DNA from: Promethearchaeota archaeon
Lineage (GTDB): Archaea; Asgardarchaeota; Lokiarchaeia; Sigyniarchaeales; SOKP01
Direction of reading: 5' to 3'
Assembly: GCA_016839555.1 (NCBI GenBank)
Contig: JAEOUA010000001.1
Coordinates: 128,001 to 192,000, forward strand
Length of the DNA: 64,000 nt
Positions 10,858 to 21,186 of the stretch are shown here, one piece after another. The translations under genes were made by a program, and so were the position numbers. The notes under the pieces are model-generated. The model was given only the letters and a program-made list of their open reading frames with translations, had not been told where the DNA came from and did no database searches. Within the stretch, counting starts at the first letter, position 1, and every line of letters begins with the position of its first letter.

Positions 10858-12473
10858 GGAGCAATGGTCTTTATATAATATGGAGACCAATTAAGTAATC
10901 CTTTTTCCGCAAGGTCATCATCGCTAATCTTCACTCTTCTAATACAATATTCTAATGTATTATCCTTTAGCACATTATTCTCTACTCTTACTAATCCCTT
11001 ATTTAAATAACGTAAATCATATGAGCTAAGATGAATTGGATTAGATATCAATCGTGCATATAACGGGAAAAATCTTTCATGAAATCCAGAATGTCCTTGT
11101 GGACAATGATCTAAACCATCAATGTCAGGGATAATACAGCCCTCATCGCAAAAATTCAATATAAATCCTCTATTTTCATTTAATTCATGCGGTGTGATTT
11201 TCCCAATAGCAAAATCAGGTATAGATTTACCCTCTTTTATTAATTCATATTCTTGTATACTTTTTTTCTGCTTATAAGTGATATATTCACTGATTTTTGG
11301 ACTTTTTTCAACAATTTTACGGAATCCACTTTTTAATTTAAGTAATCCAGCAATTGCTGTAGCGCCAGAACCATAGGATCCAAAGTAAATGGTATCATTT
11401 TCATTAGCATAATCCTCGATAATAAATTGTATTTGAGACCACAATGCAGCATTATACATATTTCCAAAATGCATAGGAACAGAAAGGTGTGGTAGTATCT
11501 TTGCTTTTATGTTAGACATTACCCAATTCGAAAGATTTTCCAATTTTTGTGAGGATAATCCCCTCTCCTTAAGATTAAAATAGATATATTCTGGAACGAC
11601 GATAATATCTTGCAAAAATATATCTAGTTTTTTAAAAATAGAATCTGTTAAGGATTTCTGCTTTGTTTTTAATAAATTACTTATATTGTTAATCCATCGT
11701 TTTTGGATAATTTGTCTCATACATTTTATCGGTAATTTAGAGAATGGAGCATGGAATGCATAGTAGTCTGCGTAAAATTCTCCAATATTTTCTATTAGAT
11801 TATCATAAGCGTCTAATTGTAATTTTAAATAACTATCGACTGAATAATGGCCAAAAACCTGGGCATTTTCTTCATTTGCAGGTCTCCAAAAATCATTTAC
11901 GTTTCCAGAAACTATACCAAATTTCTTACTAAATCTTGCAATTCTAGGATTTCTTGAAATGACTAAGGCTACAGCACCAGAACCTTGTGTTGGCTCACTA
12001 GGACTCCACAATGGATAAGATGAAATGTCGGCGCTAATCACTAAAGCCTTATTAATTACATCTTTTTCTATTAACCCAATCGCATTTAAGGTAGCTAATG
12101 TGCCTCCCGCACAGGCATTATAAATATCTTGTGTTAAGCAATTAGGCGAAACATTAAGTAATTGAGCAAATATATTCGAAACGGATTTCACAGCATAAGT
12201 TATTGTTTCAGTTCCTACAAATATTGCATCGATCTCTTTCGGGTTAATATCACCTCTAATTAACGCATTGTATCCGGCTTTAAGCCCAATCGAAATAATA
12301 TCCTCATCCGCCTCAGGCAGACGCATCTCCTTTAATAGTAATCCTTTTCTATATTTATCAGGATCCACATTTCTCTTTTTGGCTAATTCCTCTAAATTTA
12401 CATAATATCTTGGAGCATGAAATCCTATACTATCTATGCCGATGTCTGTAAATAAGAAGTCGTTGCTTATCAT
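10848..12473 (-). CDS. HMG-CoA synthase with internal insertion and Cys/His-rich C-terminal extension
   Basis: GTET, NACAGG (catalytic Cys), EPTQGSGAVA, DFWRP, FHAPF, GNMYN, SYGSG. At 541 aa it is much longer than typical prokaryotic HMGS. Confidence 0.9.
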   Translation of the reverse strand: MISNDFLFTDIGIDSIGFHAPRYYVNLEELAKKRNVDPDKYRKGLLLKEMRLPEADEDIISIGLKAGYNALIRGDINPKEIDAIFVGTETITYAVKSVSNIFAQLLNVSPNCLTQDIYNACAGGTLATLNAIGLIEKDVINKALVISADISSYPLWSPSEPTQGSGAVALVISRNPRIARFSKKFGIVSGNVNDFWRPANEENAQVFGHYSVDSYLKLQLDAYDNLIENIGEFYADYYAFHAPFSKLPIKCMRQIIQKRWINNISNLLKTKQKSLTDSIFKKLDIFLQDIIVVPEYIYFNLKERGLSSQKLENLSNWVMSNIKAKILPHLSVPMHFGNMYNAALWSQIQFIIEDYANENDTIYFGSYGSGATAIAGLLKLKSGFRKIVEKSPKISEYITYKQKKSIQEYELIKEGKSIPDFAIGKITPHELNENRGFILNFCDEGCIIPDIDGLDHCPQGHSGFHERFFPLYARLISNPIHLSSYDLRYLNKGLVRVENNVLKDNTLEYCIRRVKISDDDLAEKGLLNWSPYYIKTIAPLS

Positions 12474-12965
12474 ATTATATCAGCTCTCTTCTGTACAAAT
12501 GTTTGATTTTACAAATTTTAAAGAATAATTAAGATTCTTTTTTTTTACTTAATCAAACATTTTATTAAAAGTTAATCTATTGAATCTAGCTTCATATTTA
12601 ACTCTTTGCTTGAAGAAGAGCTTTATGACGATTCATAATGTTATAATTAGTGATTCTTTCATATTGTTAAAGATCTGTAAAATAAAACTTTATACTTTTT
12701 ATTTTAATTTTTATATATAATGGCTTTTATATGAAAACCAAAAAATAACACAGAAAAGTATGAAAAAGTAAAAATAAAAGTTCTAAAAACAAATATTTTA
12801 TTAATTAAATTAGGATAATAACTCTGTAGGAAAGCAGTATTTATTTTTCTTCTAATAGTATATCTTTAAATTCCTTAATTAATTTGTTTTAATAATATTA
12901 AAATTATTATTAGTATTTTCCTTTTTAAAATTAATATTTATTTATCTAGATAAAATGTTGAATAA

Positions 12966-13703
12966 ATGTTGAACAAATTACAAGAACTCAAAAATACTGT
13001 AAGTGACAAATTACCAAAACATGTGGGGATAATCCCCGATGGAAATCGACGATGGGCAAGGAATCATAACATAGATATTAAAATAGGCCATATCACCGGA
13101 TATAAAACTTTAAAAGATATATTATATAGCTTCTTCGATGCAGGCATAAAATATTTAACCGTATATGCACTCTCTTTGGAAAATGCCATGAAAAGAAGTA
13201 AAGAGGAGCTAGCCTATATCTATAAAATCATTATAAAAGCGATTGAGACGATAATGAGTGAAGAAATCGTAGTTAAAGAAGAAGTGCGATTTCGAATTTT
13301 AGGACGATTAGAATTATTACCTCCTGAAGTAAAAGCGAAAGTCGACGAGATGCATGAATTCACAAAAAATTTTAATAAAAACTTTGTGAATATATTGATT
13401 ATGTATGATGGGCAAGCGGAAATAGCAGATGGAATAAAAGAAATCATCAGAAATGGTGTAAAACCAGAGGAAGTTAATCGGAAACTAATTAAAAATTATC
13501 TTTATACGAAAAATACCCCAGAAGTAGATTTTATCATACGCACAGGGATGGAAGATGGTGCTCGAATAAGTGGGTTTATGCTATGGGATGCCTCATACGC
13601 AGAATTTAAATTTCGAAATGAATATTGGCCTGAATATTCAGCAGATCTGCTGGTTCAAGATTTAAAGGAATATATTAGTCGCAATAGAAGAAAGGGAAAA
13701 TAA
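12966..13703 (+). CDS. uppS: cis-prenyltransferase (UppS family)
   Basis: HVGIIPDGNRRWA, YALSLEN, DFIIRTG, RISGFMLW, YWP, RRKGK. Confidence 0.93.
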   Translation: MLNKLQELKNTVSDKLPKHVGIIPDGNRRWARNHNIDIKIGHITGYKTLKDILYSFFDAGIKYLTVYALSLENAMKRSKEELAYIYKIIIKAIETIMSEEIVVKEEVRFRILGRLELLPPEVKAKVDEMHEFTKNFNKNFVNILIMYDGQAEIADGIKEIIRNGVKPEEVNRKLIKNYLYTKNTPEVDFIIRTGMEDGARISGFMLWDASYAEFKFRNEYWPEYSADLLVQDLKEYISRNRRKGK

Positions 13704-14024
13704 TAATTAGTAGATATCTTAATTTCTCATTAATTTTACTTATTATAAAGGATTTCACTTTAGATTTTCTGCAAAGTGAAGAAAATATTATCGTAAAATT
13801 TTTTAATCTTAATTTAATTCTCTACTCTTAACTAATCAAATATATTTTGATTATCCAATAAATTCTAGATTTAAGTTTTTTTTAGAGATCTTAGAATAAA
13901 ATTTAAATAAAGACTTAATTTTGTCTGTTTGATTGATTAAAATGACGCAGGAAAAAGAAAAAATCTTCACGAGAAACATAACAATAGAAATAATATACTA
14001 GAAAAAAAAACCGATGGAATTGAG

Positions 14025-14849
14025 GTGAATAATATGGGAAAACAAATACCAGAAGGAGAACCTCTGGAAGAAGATCAATTACCAGAAAAAATTCAAGAAT
14101 TGCAAAACGAATTAAAAGAAAAATCAGAAACCATTACAGATTTACAGAATCAACTAGATACTATTATATCTTCTAATTATGAATTAAAAAAAACTATAAA
14201 TAAGCTTAAGGAAGAAATAGAAGAAAAAGATTCAAAATTTTCAGAATTTGAGGAGGTAATTGAGGAAAAAAATTCCCAACTCTCTGAATTCAAGGAAGAA
14301 ATTGAGCAGAAAGATTTAAAACTGAAGGAGGCGGAAAAAGCACTTGAGGAGCGAAAGTCTAAACTTTCTGAATTTGAAGGAATAATTGATGGAAAGAACT
14401 CCCAACTCTCTGAAATTCAAAAACAGTTAGAACAAAAGGACTTACAATTAACCGAATTGAAGAATGAGAAAGAGCAAAGTATTATAAACCTCTCTGAATT
14501 GCAAGATGCTCTAGATAATAAAAAATTAAAATTATCAGAATTAGATGAAGAAATAGTGCGAAAAAATGCAAAATTAATAACTCTCGAGGAACTTCTTAAT
14601 CAAAAAACCCAGGAAAATAAGGATTTAACTAAAAAGATGCAAGAATTAAAAAAATATAACGAGATCTATTTAGATACTATAGCAGAACTAAAAATTTCAA
14701 TAAAAAAGCTTAACCAAAAATCTCAGGCTGAAATTGAATCTCAAAAAGAAAACCAGAATCAAATTATAGAACTTAAAAAGGAATTAAAAGTTATAAGAAG
14801 AGAAAGAGACCATTATAAGGAAATTATTAAAGAAAAAGATTTGCTTTAA
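14025..14849 (+). CDS. Long coiled-coil protein with 14-aa internal repeats
   Basis: EEKDSKFSEFEEVI / EEKNSQLSEFKEEI / EQKDLKLKEAEKAL repeats. Almost entirely heptad-type sequence. Confidence 0.85.
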   Translation: MNNMGKQIPEGEPLEEDQLPEKIQELQNELKEKSETITDLQNQLDTIISSNYELKKTINKLKEEIEEKDSKFSEFEEVIEEKNSQLSEFKEEIEQKDLKLKEAEKALEERKSKLSEFEGIIDGKNSQLSEIQKQLEQKDLQLTELKNEKEQSIINLSELQDALDNKKLKLSELDEEIVRKNAKLITLEELLNQKTQENKDLTKKMQELKKYNEIYLDTIAELKISIKKLNQKSQAEIESQKENQNQIIELKKELKVIRRERDHYKEIIKEKDLL

Positions 14850-14903
14850 AGTAATAAGAAAAAATATTACTTATAAATTTACTTTATTTTTGAAGATAAG
14901 ATA

Positions 14904-15626
14904 TTATTGCTTTATAAATTTATTTTGAATCAATTTAGGCATTAAAAATCCGATATAAAAACAAATCGCACTGGTGATAAGGATGCTTTTCGTTATGAGT
15001 ATAGTAATTGGGGTAACCTGCATGATAACTTCCACTACGGACCCCGCTCCATAAAATATAAAGGCAACAAGAAGAAATCTTCCCATTAATTTGACCCTAG
15101 GGACTTCTGATTTCATGGCTTTTCGTGAAAATAAAATCCCTGTTATTATAGCATATATTACAGCGCAAAAGAGATATATAACCATGAATGGACCAAATCT
15201 TAATTGAAATGGGGCAACTTGATATCCGAGCATATCGATGTTCGTGAAGAGGAATGCAATTAGAAGGGTTTCAGCAAGTACTAATGTAATTAAAACTATT
15301 AAAATTAGCCATTTTCTGTTCTCTGTCATTAAAAAGTCTGCAACAGCAATGGTCCAGCACATGATGAAAAATGGAATCGGAACGTAACCAATAAAAAATG
15401 TTTGGATCAAGGACAATTTCTCACCTATAATCAGTACCATAAAAAACGTGATAGAATCCGGAATCCATGGATTAACAAGCCCAATCCAACTTAATCCTAC
15501 AAGTAGTAATTGTTTTTTCTTATAGTTGAAGTAATTGGAGAGGATTTTCAATGCCACGATGAATGAAATAACTATTAATATCGTACTCATTAGTCCTTGA
15601 AATAATTCAACAGGTTCGAAAATCAT
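14904..15626 (-). CDS. About 7-TM membrane protein, paralog of 50955..51683
   Basis: About seven hydrophobic segments. Shares KSE.P.....GRFL..AFIF...G and Y.GF..P with 50955..51683. Confidence 0.8.
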   Translation of the reverse strand: MIFEPVELFQGLMSTILIVISFIVALKILSNYFNYKKKQLLLVGLSWIGLVNPWIPDSITFFMVLIIGEKLSLIQTFFIGYVPIPFFIMCWTIAVADFLMTENRKWLILIVLITLVLAETLLIAFLFTNIDMLGYQVAPFQLRFGPFMVIYLFCAVIYAIITGILFSRKAMKSEVPRVKLMGRFLLVAFIFYGAGSVVEVIMQVTPITILITKSILITSAICFYIGFLMPKLIQNKFIKQ

Positions 15627-16278
15627 TTATTATTCACTCTAATTATATTAAATCTTTAAATAATTCTTATACTAGATTATTATTCTCTTTAAAAAAACCC
15701 TCTGTTTTCTAAATTCTTCCAATTTTTAGTTTAAGACAAAAATAGGAAAAGAGCTTATTTAAATTTATCCTTTTTTCTAACTTTCTTATCACTCATAGAA
15801 ACCAAATAAAACCTTGAAATAATACAAAATAAAAAGAAATATTCTTCTTTTAAAACTTTAGATTCCCCACCAAGTTGACATCATATCTGTCTGCAATGTT
15901 TTTTTTCGAAATTTTACGAGAACTTACCAGTTTTTTATTAGTAAGATATTTAATAACATCTTTATTAATTTAAAATATTTTTTTTTAATTAAACCAGAAT
16001 TATAAAAAAAAATGGCAAAAATAATGTTTTCTATAAAAACCTATTTTTAATAAGAAATTTAAATAAAATCTAAGATTCTATTTTCCCATTTCTCCTACGG
16101 AATTTAGGAATTTCAAAAAGAATAATTTATATAGATAAAATGATATTTTAATATAGAAGGAGTTATATTTGAAATAAATATCTTTTAAGTATTATTAATT
16201 ATTATTAAATTAAAATTAAAATAATTAAATGAGTAGTGAATAAAAATTTCGATTGATACTAAAAGTTTCGATAGAATA

Positions 16279-16701
16279 TTGAGTAAGATAATAAAATCGG
16301 AAAGCGGTATTAAGAAAGTAATTTTAGTTGACAGAACAGGATTAACGATCGCAAGCGTATCAAAGTTTTCATATTTCCCTGCCGATGTTGACGGCATTGG
16401 AGCCATAGCCAGTGCTGTGTTTTGTGCCTCGGAAGAACAGGGTAAAAATCTAGAGCTGGGCGCATTAGATATTGTAACCTCTGAATTTTTGGGTGGAAAA
16501 ATTTTTGCAGCAAGCTGCGGCCCAAAAGGAGTATTATGTTTAATTTCTGATCCAGATATTAATATCGGATTAATTAGGCTCATTTTAAAAAGATCTGGTG
16601 ACGAATTAAAGGAGATTTTAGATGAATTCTTATCAGAAGTTCCAGAAGCTGCAGATTCTGGCTTAGATCTTAGCGATCTGGACGAATTAACCCCAGAATA
16701 A
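16279..16701 (+). CDS. Roadblock/LC7 (MglB-like) protein with acidic tail; true start possibly ATT at 16246
   Basis: KKVILVDRTGLTIAS, GIGAIASAVF, GLIRLILKR. The frame is open upstream to 16240. Confidence 0.9.
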   Translation: MSKIIKSESGIKKVILVDRTGLTIASVSKFSYFPADVDGIGAIASAVFCASEEQGKNLELGALDIVTSEFLGGKIFAASCGPKGVLCLISDPDINIGLIRLILKRSGDELKEILDEFLSEVPEAADSGLDLSDLDELTPE

Positions 16702-16847
16702 TTCTACTTTTTTTATCTCCTTTTCAACTATTTCCCTTTTAAACTTCCCTTATTCTAAATTAATTAAGATTTTTCTATAATTTAATTTTTAAATTTGTAT
16801 TAATTGATGTATAAATATAAAAATTATATTAATATTATTGATTTACT

Positions 16848-17651
16848 ATGAATTTAGGTCTTGAAAATAAGATTGCGTTAGTCTTAGCCTCGAGCAATGG
16901 AATAGGATTGGCTTGTGCTAATTCTTTTTATCAAGAAGGAGCAAATGTGATGATTTGTAGTCGCTCTGAAGAGAATTTAAAAGCGGCGAAGGCACAGATT
17001 TTAAAAACTAAATCCATTAGTACTAATAACATAGTAGAATGGACTGTAGCAGATTTAATGGATGAAGATGACATAAAAAACCTTGTTAACAAAACAATGG
17101 AGAAATTTGGAAGAATAGACGTATTAGTCCATAATGCTGGAGGTCCACCTTCAAAACCAATCAGCAATGTTTCGGAGGAAGAATGGGTTAATTCGATCCA
17201 GTTAAATCTTAAATCATTTATCACTATATCGAAGTTAATTATTCCCATAATGCAAAAGCAAAGAGGGGGAGTAATTATTGCCCTTACCTCGGTTTCTGTT
17301 AAACAACCTTTAGAAAACTTAGTCTTGTCAAACACCACACGTTTAGGTGTAGTGGGGTTTGCAAAAACACTTTCAAATGAATATGCGAATGCAAATATAA
17401 GAGTAAATGTCGTATGTCCTGGTCCTACACTTACCAATAGGATGATAGAAATAATTCAAAGTAATATGAAGCAAATGAATAAATCAGAGGAGGAAATTAA
17501 GAAACAATGGACTAATCAAATTCCTATGGGTAGAATGGGCAAACCAGAAGAAATATCCAATTTAGTAACCTTTTTAGCCTCCGATAAAGCTAGCTTTATT
17601 ACTGGGACAACGATTCAAGTTGACGGGGGGTTTGTAGATGGAACATTTTAA
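16848..17651 (+). CDS. SDR-family oxidoreductase
   Basis: ASSNGIG, IDVLVHNAGGP, SNTTR (atypical YxxxK), NVVCPG, ITGTTIQVDGG. Confidence 0.92.
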   Translation: MNLGLENKIALVLASSNGIGLACANSFYQEGANVMICSRSEENLKAAKAQILKTKSISTNNIVEWTVADLMDEDDIKNLVNKTMEKFGRIDVLVHNAGGPPSKPISNVSEEEWVNSIQLNLKSFITISKLIIPIMQKQRGGVIIALTSVSVKQPLENLVLSNTTRLGVVGFAKTLSNEYANANIRVNVVCPGPTLTNRMIEIIQSNMKQMNKSEEEIKKQWTNQIPMGRMGKPEEISNLVTFLASDKASFITGTTIQVDGGFVDGTF

Positions 17652-17672
17652 AAAAAGAACAAAAATTAATAA

Positions 17673-18740
17673 TTAAAATAACTGGGGATTAGTAATTCCC
17701 ATATATTTATCAATAACCTCAAAAATCTCTTCCTTGCTGCCTATATATCCAAATAATTGATGTGTCGCACTGCTTTGCGATTTTTTATTTATTGTTTGAA
17801 ATTTATTTAGTTGTAATTCAATTTCTCCAAATTGTAGAGATTCTTTCTGTGGAGATTCAGAATTATAGGATTGGATTACACCGATCTCAGATTCAGGGTG
17901 ATCACGGGCTATATCAAAACAATCATTTTGAGTTTTAGGCACATCATCGGATAATTTAACTAAGAATCCATATTCTTCTTGATTGGGAATTTTAAGAACA
18001 TACCCAATTCTTGCATTCTTTGAGAAATCAATGTCTTCTGGACGAATGGCAAGCTTATATATTTCTTTCACATCAATTTTAAAGCCTACATAATTTTTAT
18101 CAATAAAAAGACGGTCTTTAGGTATGGCTCGAAAGTAATATAAAGGTTTAGGGTTAGTTTTTATAGGGATAATGACAGTCCCAGGATTTTCTGCACCACC
18201 ACTAATTACGGTCGCTAAACTCCATCCATTAATGTGTTGATCTGATTTATTTATTGTGCAAGTGTCTATATATTGAATTCCACAATATTCCATCCCAGTA
18301 AAGATTGGTTCTTTAATTAATTGTATCTTTCTTGTGATATCTCCTTCATATTTCTCTTTGTTCATCTGATTTGTTATAGATAATGTTGTGTAAAGGGTGC
18401 AGCTAGTAGATGATTGTTCCCTTATATTATAATTAGCAGGATCTAATCCAGCAGGACAGAACCATCCTTCCCAAGACTCTGGATCTTTATAGAAAAATTT
18501 TCTTTCAGGACTTAGCCAATATCGATCGCCTCCAATTTCGAAACGATTATTTTTGATAATATTTCTTAACTCTGGATTTATCCATAGAAGACTAAGAAAT
18601 TTCGTCTTTGGAAAGATGCCTAAAGGTCTTCCGCCATATTCAGAAATTATTGTGGAACCCATATTATTCGAGCTTAATTCTAAATAATTGACTATTCCAT
18701 TGAGCGTAGATTTTAAATTTTCTTTAGTATAATAATTCAT
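17673..18740 (-). CDS. Conserved hypothetical protein, DUF6786-like (possible beta-sandwich/mutarotase-like fold)
   Basis: YGGRPLG, LLWINP, GGDRYWLSPE, IQSYN, FGEIE. Family assignment is from recall only. Confidence 0.55.
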   Translation of the reverse strand: MNYYTKENLKSTLNGIVNYLELSSNNMGSTIISEYGGRPLGIFPKTKFLSLLWINPELRNIIKNNRFEIGGDRYWLSPERKFFYKDPESWEGWFCPAGLDPANYNIREQSSTSCTLYTTLSITNQMNKEKYEGDITRKIQLIKEPIFTGMEYCGIQYIDTCTINKSDQHINGWSLATVISGGAENPGTVIIPIKTNPKPLYYFRAIPKDRLFIDKNYVGFKIDVKEIYKLAIRPEDIDFSKNARIGYVLKIPNQEEYGFLVKLSDDVPKTQNDCFDIARDHPESEIGVIQSYNSESPQKESLQFGEIELQLNKFQTINKKSQSSATHQLFGYIGSKEEIFEVIDKYMGITNPQLF

Positions 18741-18811
18741 ATATAGTAGTAAGAAGAATAATAATTTGAATTTTTAATTCTTTTAAACTAATAAGAAAAT
18801 CTTTATTATAA

Positions 18812-20110
18812 CTATAATCGCTTTTTTCTTATCTGAGATCGATATAAATCCATGTGTTTACGTAAATAATTGCGCTTTTTGATAATGCTTAAATCTGTTT
18901 CTTCTAAAATATTTTCCATAAATGATCTAAACTGTTCTAGATCAAAATTTAAAGAAAATAACTCTTCTATACTTAAATCTTGGAGGTATTTGATTTTTCT
19001 CTTAATATTTTCAAAAATTTTACTCTCTATATTAGGTGATGTTTCCCCAACTTTCTGTTTTTTTAATTTATTAAAATTTAGCAACTCATCAAAAATAAAA
19101 ATCATAAGATCTGTAATAATCGGTGTTAAATCATAAACCCATGCAACACCATCTAATTTTTTATTATTATTTATCTCTTCAATTTTTTTTAAACGTATTG
19201 AAATGAGTTCTTTCAATTCCTCTTTATTACATATATCTCTAAAATCTTGGAGAAAACTCTCGAAAAGATTTTCTGTTAAGAAGTTTAATAAGTTTAGATC
19301 AAAATCCTTATAAGTATAGATTTTGCCAAATTTAAAATAAGAATTTAGTAGATGTATAGACGCTTTTTCAATTTCTTTAGGATTTGGCTTTTTTTTATTT
19401 ATAAAATATGTTTTTAGAGTCTTTTCTAAGAAGGAGAAGCTAAATTGAACCTCTTCCGTTTCTTTAGTATTAGCTTCTTTTATCTCAGAAATACCTATCG
19501 TAACTTTTACATCTCTTCTTGATTTTATTATTCTTTGATAATCTTTCTTGATTATCTCTTTTAGCCCTATTCTTAATATAAAAATATTACTCGGATTATT
19601 ATTAATAAAAATATCTGGAGGAATTTCTTCCTTACATTCTTTTAATATCTTTAAAAAATCAAAACTCTCATTTTCATAATCATAAAAAAATATTTTATAA
19701 ATAACGGCAAAAATATATTTTGGAAAATTTTTTTTTATTATCCCTCTAAGAAATTTGTCATAATCAATAAAAAAACGAGAAATCGAGTCATCAATCGCCA
19801 GGTTTATATTTTCTCCAGGATATTCTTGTAAAATAATATATCTTTTATATTCCAGTCTAATCTTTTGTGCTCGAATCCATTCAAAAATAAAATCAAGAAG
19901 ATTAATTCCTAAAAAATCCTTTTTCTGAAAAAATTTAAGAATTTTTTGAATTTCTGATTCAGAAGTTCCAATTGATTGACTCACTAAAAATTTTGCTGCT
20001 ATCTCGATTTCGGATAACTCTTGATATGATTTTTTAATTCTTTCATAAAAATCATTCAATCGACCTTCTTCTAATTTATAAATTTCACTCAAATAAGTAT
20101 CTTCTGTCAT
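18812..20110 (-). CDS. Hypothetical, mostly helical protein
   Basis: 432-aa ORF with host-like composition and no recognised motif. 14 bp downstream of 20125..21186. Confidence 0.75.
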   Translation of the reverse strand: MTEDTYLSEIYKLEEGRLNDFYERIKKSYQELSEIEIAAKFLVSQSIGTSESEIQKILKFFQKKDFLGINLLDFIFEWIRAQKIRLEYKRYIILQEYPGENINLAIDDSISRFFIDYDKFLRGIIKKNFPKYIFAVIYKIFFYDYENESFDFLKILKECKEEIPPDIFINNNPSNIFILRIGLKEIIKKDYQRIIKSRRDVKVTIGISEIKEANTKETEEVQFSFSFLEKTLKTYFINKKKPNPKEIEKASIHLLNSYFKFGKIYTYKDFDLNLLNFLTENLFESFLQDFRDICNKEELKELISIRLKKIEEINNNKKLDGVAWVYDLTPIITDLMIFIFDELLNFNKLKKQKVGETSPNIESKIFENIKRKIKYLQDLSIEELFSLNFDLEQFRSFMENILEETDLSIIKKRNYLRKHMDLYRSQIRKKRL

Positions 20111-20124
20111 TTATTTTTTTTTAA

Positions 20125-21186
20125 TTAATTAGGTTTATCCAAATTAATTTTAATGTTATTTAAATCTTCATCTGATGATATATACCATTTATAGAAACTA
20201 AATTTAGAATTAAAATCCCTCACAGAATTACTAATGTCTTTATTTTTATCTAAATATGTTCTAAGCTTTTTTCGAAAGATAGAGATATTTTTTGATTCTT
20301 TAATATATTTATCTTTAGCTGGTATTAAAATAGCTCCTATGCTCTTTTTATGTGAATTGACTATTGCATACTCCTCAATATACATTACTTTTTTAGTTTT
20401 AAAACTCAGATTAATAGTTCTAAGATTTGGAACTATACCTTGAATATTAAATAATTGCAAGGTATCTTTTATTAATTCTTCATAATAAATGGGTAATGTG
20501 GAAATAATATAATATGAAGGAATTTCTAAACAAATATCTTCACACAATGAATCATCTTTCTCAAATGTATAAAAGATAGAATTTTTTTTAGACTCCTCAA
20601 TATCATTTGATATCAACCCAACACAAAAAAATTTTTGATGCTCAGTTAGATATACTTTTCTGGCAGAACCTAAGTTATATTCCAGTAAATTAACACCTCT
20701 CATTAATTCCTTATTGATGAATTTTAACCTATTAAAATTATGCTTTTTTATTCTTTCATTATAATATTGACCTTGAACTATACTCGGGTGGATATATTTT
20801 GTCAATTTTTCATATAAGGGCTTAATGTCTTCAGTATGAGGTGTACTAATAAATGCTGAAAGATATGTCATTTCCCCATTCATAGAGGGCAAATTAGAAT
20901 TTAATGAAAAAAAAGACTGAAGTTGATCCGCTTTTGAAGTTTCTGTTTGTTTTAAATAAAGAATTGCCTCCACAAAATCGATTCTCCAACTTTCAGATAT
21001 ATTTTCCGCATCTGTCATATATACAGGACCCAAGAATTTGAAAGGAAGTATCTCTAACTCAATCTTTTTAACTTCAGAGATCGGTTTAAAATGATGAATA
21101 TGTTTAAAAATGAGATTGTTCTCATCAGAATAAAATAAGCCTGTTAATCCTGATTTATTTAAATAGTTATTATTCATATTTACCAT
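20125..21186 (-). CDS. Hypothetical protein
   Basis: 353-aa ORF with no recognised motif. Confidence 0.75.
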   Translation of the reverse strand: MVNMNNNYLNKSGLTGLFYSDENNLIFKHIHHFKPISEVKKIELEILPFKFLGPVYMTDAENISESWRIDFVEAILYLKQTETSKADQLQSFFSLNSNLPSMNGEMTYLSAFISTPHTEDIKPLYEKLTKYIHPSIVQGQYYNERIKKHNFNRLKFINKELMRGVNLLEYNLGSARKVYLTEHQKFFCVGLISNDIEESKKNSIFYTFEKDDSLCEDICLEIPSYYIISTLPIYYEELIKDTLQLFNIQGIVPNLRTINLSFKTKKVMYIEEYAIVNSHKKSIGAILIPAKDKYIKESKNISIFRKKLRTYLDKNKDISNSVRDFNSKFSFYKWYISSDEDLNNIKINLDKPN

